Below are positions 1 through 12,829 of a stretch of DNA of 64,000 nt, piece after piece (positions within the stretch are counted from its first letter, which is position 1; every line of letters starts with the position of its first letter). Position numbers and translations under genes: made by a program. Under the pieces are notes generated by a model. It had not been told where the DNA came from. It saw only the letters and a program-made list of their open reading frames with translations, and ran no database searches. Source of the DNA: Anthoceros angustus (taxonomy: Eukaryota > Plantae > Anthocerotophyta); contig MU008221.1 of assembly GCA_010909165.1 (NCBI GenBank), positions 129,464 through 193,463 on the forward strand, written 5' to 3'.

Positions 1-214
1 TGAGAAAGGTTTTAGCCGTGAAGGACAAAGTTAATCACGAGTCTACGATGGAGATAGCACTGAGCTAACTGATCCCTTGGCGGAGGGCCGTGTCGGTGTA
101 GAACATTGGCGTAAGCATGAGGGTAGCTAGCTAGGAGGTTAGGTTAGCTTGAGAGACTAACTTAAGATTAATTAATTAGAGTCCGGCAAAGTCTAGTCAA
201 GAACACGTCAGTTT

Positions 215-1213
215 GAACACGTGCGCGAACAGCCACGTTCACAAGTTCGCAATCACCTAGAGATTCTCCCGTTCTAGGCTTGCCGCGCTCCTCGTGCCCC
301 CCGGTCGCCCAAGATCCAAGAGACTCTCCCATTCCAGGAATGTTCTCACCGCGATCCCTAGTAAGCCTCACTTGTGGGAAACCACCGGTAGGACAGACAA
401 TGCAATGGTGCACTCCACGGCCAGACGGGGAGAATTTGTTCTGGGGCTATGGCGCTCCACCGCGGTGATGCAGTGCGGTCACGCGTGGACCAGTGAGGAG
501 AAGTACTAAAACTACGCCACTAACAGCTGCGCCTCGGGCCGGATGTGTGGACGTTACACCCAAGTGCTTGCTTGGTGCACTCGCTCTCATCCTTTTATTC
601 CGACTGCGTCGCAGTTGGAACGAGCTCAGGAGCCTGCTTGGATTCTCCTCCACATTCCGGGTTGGTTTAACTATTGTTGGACTGGCAGCTCATGCAGGTT
701 GTGTGGAAATCGACAACCCATCTGGGATGTGCAACAATCAACTGTAAAGATTCTTCCATCTTCATCATCTGCAGCTACAACCCACCAGGGACAGACAACG
801 CAATCTGGTGCACTCCACGGCCAGACGGGGAGAATTTGTTCTGGGGCTATTGGCGCTCCACCGCAGGTGATGCAGTGCGGTCACGCGTGGACCAGTGAGG
901 AGAAGTACTAAAACTACGCCACTAACAGCTGCGCCGGATGTGTGACGTTACACCCAAGTGCTTGCTTGGTGCACTCGCTCTCATCCTTTTATTTCGACTG
1001 CGTCACAGTTGGAACGAGCTCGCAGGAGCCTGCTTGGATTCTCCTCCACATTCCGGGTTGGCTTAACTATTGTTGGACTGGCAGCTCATGCAGGTTGTGT
1101 GGAAATCGACAACCCATCTAGGATGTGCAACAATCAACTGTAAAGATTCTTCCATCTTCATCATCTGCAGCTACAACCCACCAGGGAACTACATTGGAGA
1201 GAAGCCCTACTAA
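215..1213 (+). pseudogene. PR1: PR-1-like CAP-domain gene, copy 1 (frameshifted as assembled, internal tandem duplication)
   Basis: Motifs across frames: AQD, VHS..GENLFWG, W.SEEKY.NYATNSCASGRMCGRYTQ, intron (GTGCTT...CATGCAG), VVWKSTTHLGCATINCKDSSIFIICSYNPPGNYIGEKPY, stop at 1211-1213. These are CAP/PR-1 signatures. Start not resolved. Confidence 0.85.
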
Positions 1214-2376
1214 GTTCAGTGTCTCGGCATTGGGGTGCATGAGCAGATAAGAGAAGCTTCCATTTTGCTCTCGCTCTGCTTGCGTTGTGCACGGGTACTT
1301 TGAAAGGACCCAGGTTGTCATTGGGGTATGTGAGCAGATCCGAGAACCTCCGATATTGCTCCCGATGCTTGCACTGTTGGTGCAAGTACTTTCCAACCCA
1401 TTTCGGAGGACTTAGATTGTTAGAAGTTAATGATTTATTTTGCTTTCGGAATTGTGAAAGGTCTTGTCTGCTAGCCTAATGGTACACAGGAAAGACCGTC
1501 CTCCAAGAGTCTTCAAGAAGATTCTTGAACTAGCCTGGTCTGGCTAGCCAATCTGCCGGGCATTAATGCTTATGGTAAGCCCATCCTTCTAACAATCTTA
1601 CGACCATTCAGTGTTGTGCGCTGATTTGTGTCGTTGCGAGGATGTGCTCTCCGAGGGCTCCAAGACTTGAATAAATGAGCTTCGTGCTCTGTTCAGGGCA
1701 TTTGTTGGATCCTTATTGTGTCCACAATTTCCATGGAGTGTAGTACAGTATGTTCATGTTGTCCCACTGTGTGTTCAAGTGTGGCTAACCAGATATGGAT
1801 TGAAAATCTTGCTCACTTGGGATTGTTTGTTGCTCAATGTCCTGCTTGGTTTCCACGCTTTAAACAGCTTGGTCTGCAACAGTTTCTGCATGATGGCCGT
1901 CTGAAAGGGAGAGCTTGACATCGATTACGGCATGAAGGTAGCAAAGGCTTTGGAACTAAAGACTGTTGGTTATCTCTGCAATCAACATGCTCTTCATGAA
2001 CAAGGAAGAGAAACAAGACTTGAACAAGAGCAAGGACGTCCCAGGCAACTATAAGGGACGGACTGTGAGTAACTTAGCTGGAACCGTTGTCACTTCTACT
2101 GCAGATGACTGCTCTCCCTCCTTGATTGCTCATGCTGGTCGATTTTGTCAGGCAACCTAGGGCCACGTTTTTGGTGTTAAGGGAGGAAAACTGTTGACTA
2201 TCGACATAAGAACTTTCCAAATCATCCAGCCAGTATCTAATGTGGACGCTTGTGGCCTTGACACAAGTCTCATCAAGCATGTCCCAGGTGGTGACAAGGG
2301 CAATAGGCTTGTGGCGATGCTTGTAGCACATAACAAGGGCATTTGCCGCCATAGGATTTTGGATGTGCACTTCTAG
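1214..2376 (+). CDS. Unidentified spliced coding sequence (orphan X), broken by the inversion in unit 2
   Basis: Coding-like pieces (VHRKDRPPRVFKKILEL; IWIENLAHLGLFVAQCPAWFPRFKQLG; TIDIRTFQIIQPVSNVDACGLDTSLIKHVPGGDKG...LDVHF*). A GTGAGT donor (~2064) and TTTTGTCAG acceptor (~2150) lie on +; the donor is conserved in a paralog at 33330-33830. Confidence 0.4.
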
Positions 2377-3653
2377 TCGAGAAATTTAGACTCAATGAGC
2401 AATTTACTAATGAATTTAGGTAGATACAGATCAATTAAACACATAGAATAATTACAATCAAGAACATACATTAAACTATGCATGCTATGAAAAACAACTT
2501 AAGTCACTTATGAAACATCGTGACCTAATCAAACGACGTAACCCTAATGAAAAGGCATGTTACTAAATATTTTAACTTAACTAAACTACTAAACTCTAAT
2601 CATCTACCCAACACACATATTCCTTTACTCCCACTTGTTGGTAATGATTTCTTGTACAGTCTTCGGTCTGCTGGAGGCTATCCGTGAGACGGTGATTCAG
2701 CTGTGTCTTCACTTTCAAGCTCCATAGCCATCATCTCACATGCTCGATTCGCCTCGCATTCTGTCAAATGAACAAGGAAGAGAAACAAGACTTGAACAAG
2801 AGCAAGGACGTCCCAGGCAACTATAAGGGACGGGAGTAACTTAGCTGGAACCGTTGTCACTTCTACTGCTGCAGTAGACTGCTCTCCTCCTTGATTGCTC
2901 AGCTGGTCGATTTTGTCAGCAACCTAGGGCCACGTTTTTGGTGTTAAGGGAGGAAAACTGTTGACTATCGACATAAGAACTTTCCAAATCATCCACCCAG
3001 CGTATCTAATGTGGACGCTTGTGGCCTTGACCCAAGTCTCATCAAGCATGTCCTGTGGTGACAAGGGCAATAGGCTTGTATGGTGCTTGTAGCACATAAC
3101 AAGGGCATTTGCCGCCATAGGATTTTGGATGTGCACTTCTGAGAAATTTAGACTCAATGAGCAATTTACTAATGAATTTAGGTAGATACAAATCAATTAA
3201 ACAATAATTACAATCAATTGAACATACATTAAACTATGCATGCTATGAAAACAACTTAAGTCACTTATGAAACATCGTGACCTAATCAAACGACGTAACC
3301 CTAATGAAAAGGCATGTTACTAAATATTTTAACTTAACTAAACTACGAACCCTAATCATCTACCCAACACACATATTCCTTTACTCCCACTTGTTGGTAA
3401 TGATTTCTGTACGCCTTCTATTGGAGGCTATCCGTGAGACGGTGATTCAGCTGTGTCTTCACTTTCAAGCTCCATAGCCATCATCTCCTGTACTCGGTTA
3501 CGCTCTCGCATTCCTGTCAAATCTGAACAAGATGCTATGTGCTAGTGTGAAGCTGGCAGAGATGAGGTGTGCGTGCCATATAACGCTGGCGTTTTTCATT
3601 TCACTCTCACTCCCCGAGCTACTGCAACACAGGATCGCTTTTCTTCTCACCAC

Positions 3654-6600
3654 CATGGCTTCCTCAGACTGCGACTATGAGCCTAGTCCTAAGCGCCACC
3701 TGCAGCGAGATTCCAAGGGCCGGTTTGCCACTAGGACAACTACCACTCTTGGAGCTTCAACACCGATTGCTGCAAAAGGTGCTAAGCGGGGAGTAGGGAG
3801 GCCCAAGGGCACCACTAAAGAGTTCTGGGCAATGCAGCTGAGGCTGCACTCGTGGCAATTGTGACATGGGTGGCCCTTCCGCCTGCGCCAAGGCAAAGGC
3901 AGGTGGCCCAACACAATTTTGCCTATTCTGATGATGAGTCTCGTTCTGCTCCACCTGTTGTGTTCCCTAAGCCATGAGAAGAGTTGGCGCGCACATCCAG
4001 AAACTGTCCTAGTCACGCCACGAGCACATCTGATGGCATCGTGAACCTTTCAGTTCTGGTTGCTCATTTTTTTTGTCTTGCGGTAATCTCTTACGATTGC
4101 TCCCACTTCTTGCTAGGAAGTACTATCGCCTGCGAAAGAGGTGTTTAGGATTCCTAGCACCTGTTAAAAATCCTTGAAATCCCTTCCTTGTGAAGGTGAA
4201 ATCCGCGAACCTTCTTCGGCTTAAACCGTAAGTATTCATGAGAAAATAACATGGTCAATGCTTTCAGTACATGTCTAAAGAGTGGTTTTGCTAAAGATGA
4301 TGCATTTTGGCCCGTTTTCGGCGGTCATTTTTTGGTCTTTAGGGACCCAAACCCCTTTAATGGAGAATAACCCCTATGCAGAGAGACGCTGTTCCTAGCA
4401 TCACAGGTGGGTGTAACATGCTTTGGCCTTATTTTGGGAGTGGCCATGGGAAGGGAGAGCACGATGGTGCTGGTGCCATTTTGAAGCGTGCCCTTGAGAC
4501 TCTGAGTCGTCCTGTGGATGCAAAATGCAGCAGATGTGGTGGAGTACCTGCAACAAAACATATCTGGTGGCGCAGCCTCCTCTTATGCAAGTACGGAGCA
4601 TGGGGTTCACAGAAGTTTCTGGCTCATTGGAAAAACAGAGGTTAATCGCAGAAACCAGTTTGGGTGTGATTCCATCCCAGGATCTAAGCAGATGCACAGC
4701 CTGTATGGTGTAACATGAATGACCCTACACAAGCGAATCACGGAGCCCTTGCACCTTTTTGTCTTCGGTAATCTCTTACGCTTGCTCCCATCTCCGCTAG
4801 GAAGTACTATCGCGAAAGAGGTGTTTAGGATTCCTAGCACCGTTAAAAATCCTTGAAATCCTTCCTTGTGAAGGTGAAATCCATGAACCTTCTTAAACCG
4901 TAAGTATTCATGAGAAAATAACATGGTCAATGTCTTTCAAGATTACATGTCTAAAGAGTGGTTTTGCTAAAGATAGATGATGCATTTTGGCCCGTTTTCG
5001 GTCATTTTTGGTCTTTAGGGACCCAAACCCTTTAATGGAGAATAACCCCTATCTTTGAGAGACTGTTCCTAGCATCACGGTGGGTGTAACATGCTTTGGC
5101 CTTATTTTGGGAGTGGCCATGGGAAGGAGAGCACGATGGTGCTGGTGCCATTTGAAGCATGCCCTTGAGACTCTGAGTCGTCCTGTGGATGCAAAATGCA
5201 GCAGATGTGGTGGAGTACACCGCAACAAAACATATTTGGTGGCGCAGCCTCCTCTTATGCAAGTACGGAGCATGGGGTTCACGAAGTTTCGGCTCATTGG
5301 AAGAAGCAGAGGTTAACCGCAGAAACCAGTTTGGGTGTGATTCCATCCTAGGATCTAAGCGGATGCACACTGTATGGTGTAACATGAATGACCCTACACA
5401 AGCGAATCACGGAGCCCTTGCACCTTTTTGTCTTCGGTAATCTCTTACGCTTGCTCCCATCTCCGCTAGGAAGTACTATCGCTGAAAGAGGTGTTTAGGA
5501 TTCCTAGCACCGTTAAAAATCCTTGAAATCCTTCCTTGTGAAGGTGAAATCCATGAACCTTCTTAAACCGTAAGTATTCATGAGAAAATAACATGGTCAA
5601 TGTCTTTCAAGATTACATGTCTAAAGAGTGGTTTTGCTAAAGATAGATGATGCATTTTGGCCCGTTTTCGGTCATTTTTGGTCTTTAGGGACCCAAACCC
5701 TTTAATGGAGAATAACCCCTATCTTTGAGAGACTGTTCCTAGCATCACGTGGGTGTAACATGCTTTGGCCTTATTTTGGGAGTGGCCATGGGAAGGGAGC
5801 ACGATGGTGCTGGTGCCATTTGAAGCATGCCCTTGGACTCTGAGTCCCCCTGGATGCAAAATGCAGCAGATGTGGTGGAGTACACCGCAACAAAACATAT
5901 TTGGTGGCGCAGCCTCCTCTGCAAGTACGGAGCATGGGGTTCACGTGTTTTCGCTCATTGGAAGCAGAGGTTAACCGCAGAAACCCTTTGGGTGTGATTC
6001 CATCCCAGGATCTAAGCAGATGCACAGCCTGTATGGCTGTAACATGAATGGTCCCTACACAACTGCGAATGCGGAGCCCTTGCCTGCTTTTGTGCTGATT
6101 GTATGGAGAGCAACCATGCAGCTTGCGAACTGGTGCCTCATGCTGGGTCTTGGAGAACTTTTAAGATCAAACCGCATGGACAGTTTGCTGGCCCCAGATT
6201 GACTCGACAAGCAACAAACCAGCCTATTCCATTGCTCACACTTCCTAAACCCCTCCTTCCACTTGTTCCTGCAGGTGAGGCTGAGGATGAGGATGTTGTT
6301 GATGTCTCGGAGATGGCAGATTTCCTAGAAGTTGGCGACAATTTCCTTGTCTTGGCAGAGCCTGAAGATGAAGGGGTTGAGTATTACTTGTTGAAGTGGA
6401 CTAAGGCCAAGCACATGCTGATGGAGTCTCGGTATTGCCCTTGGAGTAAAACAACCTTCCAGGTTGGCAAGGAATTGGTTGTCGGACAGTACTACTTGTT
6501 GCAGCAGCTTGAGTCAGATGTGTTGTACAGTTTGCCGTTGGATCTAGAGGAAGCGTTTGCTACGCAATTGTGCAGACATGCAAGTTGGCCATGGTAGTAC

Positions 6601-6660
6601 ATGGGCACAATGGATCAACCAACCTGTACATGCTTACTCCTGATGCCCAGCAACAAGTCA
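3654..6660 (+). mobile_element. DDE-type DNA transposase relic (HGKGxxDG family, Chapaev/Sola-like) with N-terminal AT-hook-like region
   Basis: MLWPYFGSGHGKGEHDGAGAILKRAL (4376..4645), IPGSKQMHS and LACFCADC downstream, C-terminal GDNFLVLAEPEDEGVEYYLLK (6103..6597), N-terminal KRGVGRPKG. Family assignment is from motif recall only. Confidence 0.55.
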
Positions 6661-6679
6661 ATGACATAGTGGAGGAAAG

Positions 6680-7940
6680 CAAGTGGGGTTAGGGTGGAAG
6701 AAAGGTGGGAACGTGTCATGTGTACATGCTTTGGTCGTGTTTTCAGTGCTGAGGGTAAGGCTTCGTGATTTTATTTCTATGTGGATGCAGGAGATGTTGC
6801 CTGTGCCACACAACACTGTTGAGTATACTGGCCACAGCGATAATGTTTTGAGAAATGCTTGGCTTCAGTCTGGGCGAGTGGAAGATGCCTTAAGGCCTGA
6901 TGCCAGATAGCTTAGAGGAGATAGGGTTTCTTTTCACATCGGAGGTATTTGCACATACATGCGTGCTGTCTGCAACTTTCCTATCTATGGCTTTGCCAAA
7001 GTGCAGTTCTGTGCTTTCAGAAATTTGAACACCATTTGATTGTCTATTTAGCTATGTCCACACGGTGTAGTATTCAAAAGACCCAATGGGGATGGGAACT
7101 TCACACACCAATCTATGGACCAATCACAGGACTGGATGCTGCACCTTGTTGTCATTATGCTCACCCCCCATATTTGCTCCAAATTATCACGGTGAATGGA
7201 GGGCTGATTCGTGTGCTTCTGTTTGCTTTCATGGGCCCCCCGTGCCAAGAGGCTACAGAGTCCCCATATGTGGGCATTAATTACTTTGTCCGTTTCAGGA
7301 TCGACCATTTGAATCCATTTCATGGCCTTAGTCGCCCTTCCTCCGGAAATCTTACACAAGTCCTCCACCACTGCTGTTGATATTGCAAGCCCTCTCGTTT
7401 TCTTCACATTGCCATCGCACATCCTCCATATCCATGGCATGTGGAGCGCCGTTGGTCAATGGCGAACCTAGCGGAGGGAGGTGGAATTGTTAGCCCCGAG
7501 CTTGGTGCCACTCTCTTGGCTATAATTGTACAATCGGAGGTGTTTTCGGTGGCCAAATACTTGCATCGTATGGAAAGGGCACAGCTCGAAGCGGTATTGG
7601 TTGAAGATCACGAGATCATGGATGGCCGTCTACAGGCAAAACCGTTGGAGTCGGAATGGTACCGCTTACTTGGCCGCAAGCAACCCAATTTGCAATCGCA
7701 TGCGTGAGGACATGGCGGCGGCGGTATGGCTGCCGAGTCTTCTTTGGATGAGTGGACGCGTGATTCCGTTGTGTGGTGGATTGAGAAGATGAAGGAAGAC
7801 TTGGAGCGCTTGCTGCCTGCTGCAAGGAAGACTAAGAGCGCACTGGTAGGAAAATTTGAGGCTACTGGAGGTTGTGCAAGGAATTGGTGGCGTACCCTTT
7901 TCTATCGCATTTCTGAGTACATTTTACTGTAGGTGACACA
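6680..7940 (+). other. Unidentified coding-like segment (orphan Y); inverted copy at ~24468-25690 and 15400-15479
   Basis: ORFs 6949..7380 and 7441..7707, and 24597..25220(-), share text such as PELGATLLAIIVQSEVFS and EWYRLLGRKQPNLQS. No family recognised; coding strand uncertain. Confidence 0.3.
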
Positions 7941-8419
7941 TCTGTTAACGTAGAGCGTGGCTAGGACTTGTATGTGATAAGAACATGGATGAGGCAGCTT
8001 GGATCAAGGTTGAGGATTGCGGGTGCTGCTCTGTGCATCTGCACACATCTAGTCAACATGCCCAATGAATCATTGTGGAGATCAAGACGTTGTCGATAAC
8101 GAGTTTGTCGATCACGAGTTTGGAGATCACGAGTTTGGATATCACGAGTATGTCGATCGTGAGTTTCTGCACGCGATTGTCAAGCTTCCAAGAGTTTTTT
8201 GAGATTTCATGTAGCATACATGTGTGCTACATAACATTGTCCAACAACAAACCTTTAACAATATTGTCCAAAAACACGTCCCAAAGGTGGGTTGGCCCAT
8301 CCACAGACAACAAGAGTGTGTTGTCACAGTCCTGTCACCCATATGACGCGCAATTGTATGTAAGGACTAGCACACACGAATAATATCATTGCATGGTTGG
8401 AACACCACGAGGCGGATAG

Positions 8420-9830
8420 TCTAGCAATGATAAACCGGATGTATCGCTTGGAATCATCTCATAGTAGAGGGCCCGAGCTACCTCGGCCTCTCAAATTTTC
8501 TTTTCCCCAAGCTAGGTCGACAGTCCTCTTCCAATGTTTCCACTTTCAGGGCCTTCAGCGGTAAAATCAACATGCTCGAGTTTGGTTTCTCCACGGGGAC
8601 CATAAAGGCGCCTCTTGTGATGCCATCCGTGTCATGGAGAAGGTCCGCTGGAATCTCCAATTTGTCATTTGTTGCGCCTTCTTCTTGGGCGACACAGTGG
8701 TATTTGCCCGCCTCCATCCTTCCATTTCAAGGGCCACAGGTTGGTTGAGGCTTCCCCGTCTTGTAAGCCTAGTCCCGCATGTGTCCGGATATGTCCACTA
8801 GGTCGGCGAGTGCGGGCGTGTCTGACCAACACCAATTCACGGGACACAGGGGCTTGTACATCCTGCTCCACTTGAGCACCTGGAAGGGCAACAACATTGC
8901 CCGAGACAACTGCCTTTCCACCCCCATCCCAAATTGCTCATGGCTGCCACAGACAACCACTGTGTCACCAAGTGTTAAAGTGGCCTCTTGCAGGATGCTC
9001 CTTAGTGGCCTCTTCCGTAGGATGGTCCAGTGGCGTCTTGGACAATGCGATCCTCAGTTACCTCATGCACAGGATTCTCGTGAGTGACCTCTTGCACATG
9101 ATGTGGCCTAGCACCCAGCCCAACATGGCATGCTGGAAAATCAACAAACAAGTTGCCCGGCATGTCTGATGGCAACTGTGGCTCAATGTTTGACTGAACC
9201 ACCACCACGTCAATTTCCTTCGGCAAATCATCACATTTGTTGCCATCCTCGATTTCACTAGACTCTCCACTGCAGTCCATGGACTGCACATACCGGGAGT
9301 CTCATGGAACCCGTCACCACACCACAAACACCTTGACATGCTCATTCGTCAACCAGCCATCCTCCTCTCGGTTGCAGCCTATGTGCCCCAGGCGTCTCAG
9401 GACTTGCCTCCTGCTCTTCTCGCCCACCTAGCACGGAAGTGCCTTGATCACAAGCATCTTCAAGAACCAGCCCCAAGGATTTCTGGCTTGCAGGGGGCAC
9501 TGCAAAGTAATGTGAAACGCTACAACCAGTGGTGCGAATATCATCCTGGCTCAAATTTGGTGAAGCAGAACCTCTAGCAAGAACAACCTCTGGAGTTTGT
9601 AGCACATAAGTTTGCATGTTCCAAAGAACCTTGGTTGCAGCTTAGTCTCTCCGGATAAGAATTGGTGGCCTCCGGAACGGAAGGTGTTTTGTCCACGTGA
9701 GTATCCCCTAGAGTGGGGACTACTGGGGACAGTGGAACAAGTCGACTATAAATCCCTACAGGGCATCACAGACTATATCAGCAGGTTTGAACACCGATAA
9801 GACCAACCTGTAAACATGCATGCAAAATAA
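8420..9830 (-). mobile_element. Second, diverged transposase-like relic (Z); inverted 3' part at 13682-14930(+)
   Basis: C-terminal GDVFMVPAEKPNSEHVDFYLLK (14616..14930) resembles GDNFLVLAEPEDEGVEYYLLK of the first transposase. CNLAGTCKLMCY aligns loosely with CDSIPGSKQMHS. Confidence 0.4.
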
Positions 9831-10498
9831 CTTACCAGGAGATTCAAGTCCAGGTTTTGAGGAACTAGATAAGCAGTTAAAATAGGGAATACTTAATGAG
9901 GGATATATTAATTAGGAAGTAATTAATTACAAGCGAAATGGGATAGGAAAATAGGCAAGAGAAAGGTATTTTAGGATGGTAAATCCGATCTAGGATGTTC
10001 AAGTGACCATAACCCAAACGATGTGACTATTCAATAGATGACTATTAATTAAACATTAACCCCTCCATGTAAGTGAGTACAGGCGTCCTCCATTCTTAAC
10101 ATATGCACCCATGTGAACGCACACAAAATCGTGGATTGCGTCTTTGTGATGGGCGGTAAGGAATGAGACAAGAGAGCGCTGTCTGCTCTCGAGAATAAAA
10201 GCGCCCCTACACATACATGGGTCGTTCTCCATTCGTGTTACAAGAAAATCTCACGTATAGCGACGCCTTGACATGCCTACTAGCTTTTGCATCGGCAAGA
10301 GCTTCCTGTTCCTTGTTAAAGAGGTTTGTGGGCATTGCCCCAACCCAATAATTTTAGAAGAATTGACCCCGGACGGTTCTCGAGTTGAATCTATGATATT
10401 CTCGGTGGTTTTCTATATATGTGCATAGATGTGTAGTTCATTTGTAGATAGAGGGGTGTGAGTTTTAATACTTGTTATAGAATTTACTAGTTCGATCC

Positions 10499-12461
10499 AT
10501 GGCATTATGGGTGGGCTCGATGATATCTTCCTTTATCATATTGACGGTATTATCATTGATTTTGTTTTCAATGATCATCATGACAACGAATTAAAGAGTT
10601 CGATCAAGCGGTTTTATCGTCGAGAATATTCCCAAGGCTATGCATGTTATCAATCGACCATTTGTAAAGTCTTATACATGCATACATGTTGGTTTTGCTC
10701 TTGTTTTATCTTGTTTTAAGAATGTAATAAGGGTAATGGTAATTATTGATAAGAGTTCATAAACGTCTTCATTTTTCCTTTTGACAATAATTTTTATGAC
10801 TTTAGAATGATTATTGATTGTGTAAAATTTGAAGATCAACTCGGTTTCAAGATCCTATTATAAGGGAACATTATAAGGTTAAAAATTCATCTACACGCTT
10901 TTATTCAATGTTTGGATTGATGACCTTGATGCATGTAGATGTCTTAAACCATGTCTCATATTTCCGATTGCCATAATGCTTTGTGAAGGAGGATGCTCTA
11001 TAAAGGAGATTGGATATGTCTTAACGATATTCTAATGTTTTCATTGTGATGCTACATACAGAAGAATGGACTTAAGAAAAGTACTTCATTGCTTTCTAAA
11101 GGTTTTGAAAATAAGCACCCAAACATGACTATATATCTGTGTTTCAAAAGAGGTTGGACGTTGTCCTCCGGGATGTGTTCCTATAGCTCGAGTGATACAT
11201 CCGAGCGAATTGATTTGGAGCGAGCGATCTCTTAAAGCAGGTCTACCTATTTTAGCAATGGTCGAGTTCTAAAACATTGATGACCGACCTCCATCGATCG
11301 TTGGGTAAGTTTTCTAGCTGAGTGTTTGCGTACAAACATATATGTCATGTTGTCTTTTAACTTTCAATCGTTCGAGATGGTAGAAATATTGAATACATTT
11401 GCACACATAGATCCATGTATGGATATACATATTATTGTGGACTAATGTTGATCTTTTAGAAATAAATATAGAATTGACTACCTTGTACCTTTTGACTTTG
11501 GGCGCATGCAAGGTTAATGGATTTTAGATCGTTTGATGACGGCTTCTCACAAGCCTACGGAATAGCTACAACAATGAATGTTTATCAACCACCAGTGAGA
11601 TCTTATGATGAAAATGATTTCTCAAATGGACAAATATGGGTGCAAAATTATGGAAGCATTCATCAATCAATGGAAGTTGGATGGCACGTAAGTGTTGTAA
11701 TTTTATCTTGCTTTCATTTGAGATCTATAGTCGATTGCATTTGTAAATTTTAAGTTGTGGTATTCACGATAGGTGTATCCATATAATGCGATGGTATGGG
11801 AAATGAAGATCGACCACATTTTTTATATTTTGGACGGTGATTTAAATTTTCTATACCTCCTTTATTGAAATTACAATCTTGTACTTTGAATTGTAAGTTT
11901 TGTGTTTTTATGTTTTGAAACGTGTTGATGATGACGGACTCCTATGAGGATGGATGCTATAATTTAGAATGCCTGAGGTTTATTTTTGTGGGTGAAAGCC
12001 CAATGATACCCGTTATCCTTTTCAAACACAAGATCTTGTGGTGATGTAGGTTTTAGAGTTTCTATTGAAGTGGATGAAGACGGAGATTGGGTATTAGATG
12101 TAAATAGCCAAAGCAGTTGGATATTGGCCAAAAGATATATTTAGAGATGGTGGATTGTCGAATCTAGTAATTTCTTGTCGTTCGGAGGTGAAGTTGTCCG
12201 GACGAGAGGTCGCAAGATATATCAATGCCAATGGAAGTGGGAATTCAGCTCAAGGATTCAAAATTTTGAGGAGCATATCACGAGATCGTGTGCTTTATAA
12301 AGGTGGAACTTTTAACGGTATTATAAATCGCGTCCTTGTAGACGGGCCAAACGAGGGTGAGGCACAAGATCACATCATTACGATATTGGGTACGAAATGG
12401 AGATGATGCAAATGGTGGTGAAACATGGGTGACTTATGGAGGTCCCGGTGAAGGGCCATAA
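10499..12461 (+). CDS. Neprosin (DUF239) family peptidase, multi-exon, copy 1 (frameshifts in assembly)
   Basis: Hydrophobic N-terminus; CPPGCVPI propeptide motif (~11162); YGIATTMNVYQPPV..DFSNGQIWVQ..SMEVGWHV (11517..11753); DSYEDGCYNLEC; FGGEVV..MGSG; YGGPGEGP* ending 12461. Both catalytic-type Glu motifs (MEVGW, GGEV) are present. Confidence 0.85.
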
Positions 12462-12829
12462 TTTCATATAACCTTTCCAATGAGCTAGCATTGAACTTAG
12501 TCCGTATAGTATGTAGTTGGTAGAATGAGATTAGCATATGTAAATGTGAACTCGAAGCAAAATATATGACAATCATAAACTTCCATGATATTGTTCCGTC
12601 TAACTTATCACAGTGGATTGAGAAAGGTTTTAGCCGTGAAGGACAAAGTTAATCACGAGTCTACGATGGAGATGCATGAGCTAACGATCCCTTGGCGGAG
12701 GCCGTGTCGGTGTAGAACATTGGCGTAAGCATGAGGGTAGCTAGCTAGGAAGTCGTTAGCTTGAGAGACTAACTTAAGATTAATTAATTAGAGTCCGCAA
12801 AGTCTAGTCAAGAACACGTCGGTTTGAAC

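Larger units (their letters stand above)
1..12618 (+). repeat. Tandem array unit 1 (spacer + PR-1 + cassette forward + neprosin)
   Basis: The window start TGAGAAAGGTTTTAGCCGTGAAGGACAAA recurs at 12619 and 31497, each time followed by the PR-1 block. Confidence 0.9.

Noticed and set aside
1834-1880. GFHALNSLVC as a KDZ/CMC FHxxxH motif
   Set aside because: The second His is absent and another frame reads more protein-like.
1497-9697. Cassette as a TIR transposon or site-specific recombinase substrate
   Set aside because: Ends share only 3 bp of inverted identity, with no TIR, TSD or recombinase ORF; ORFs cross both ends.
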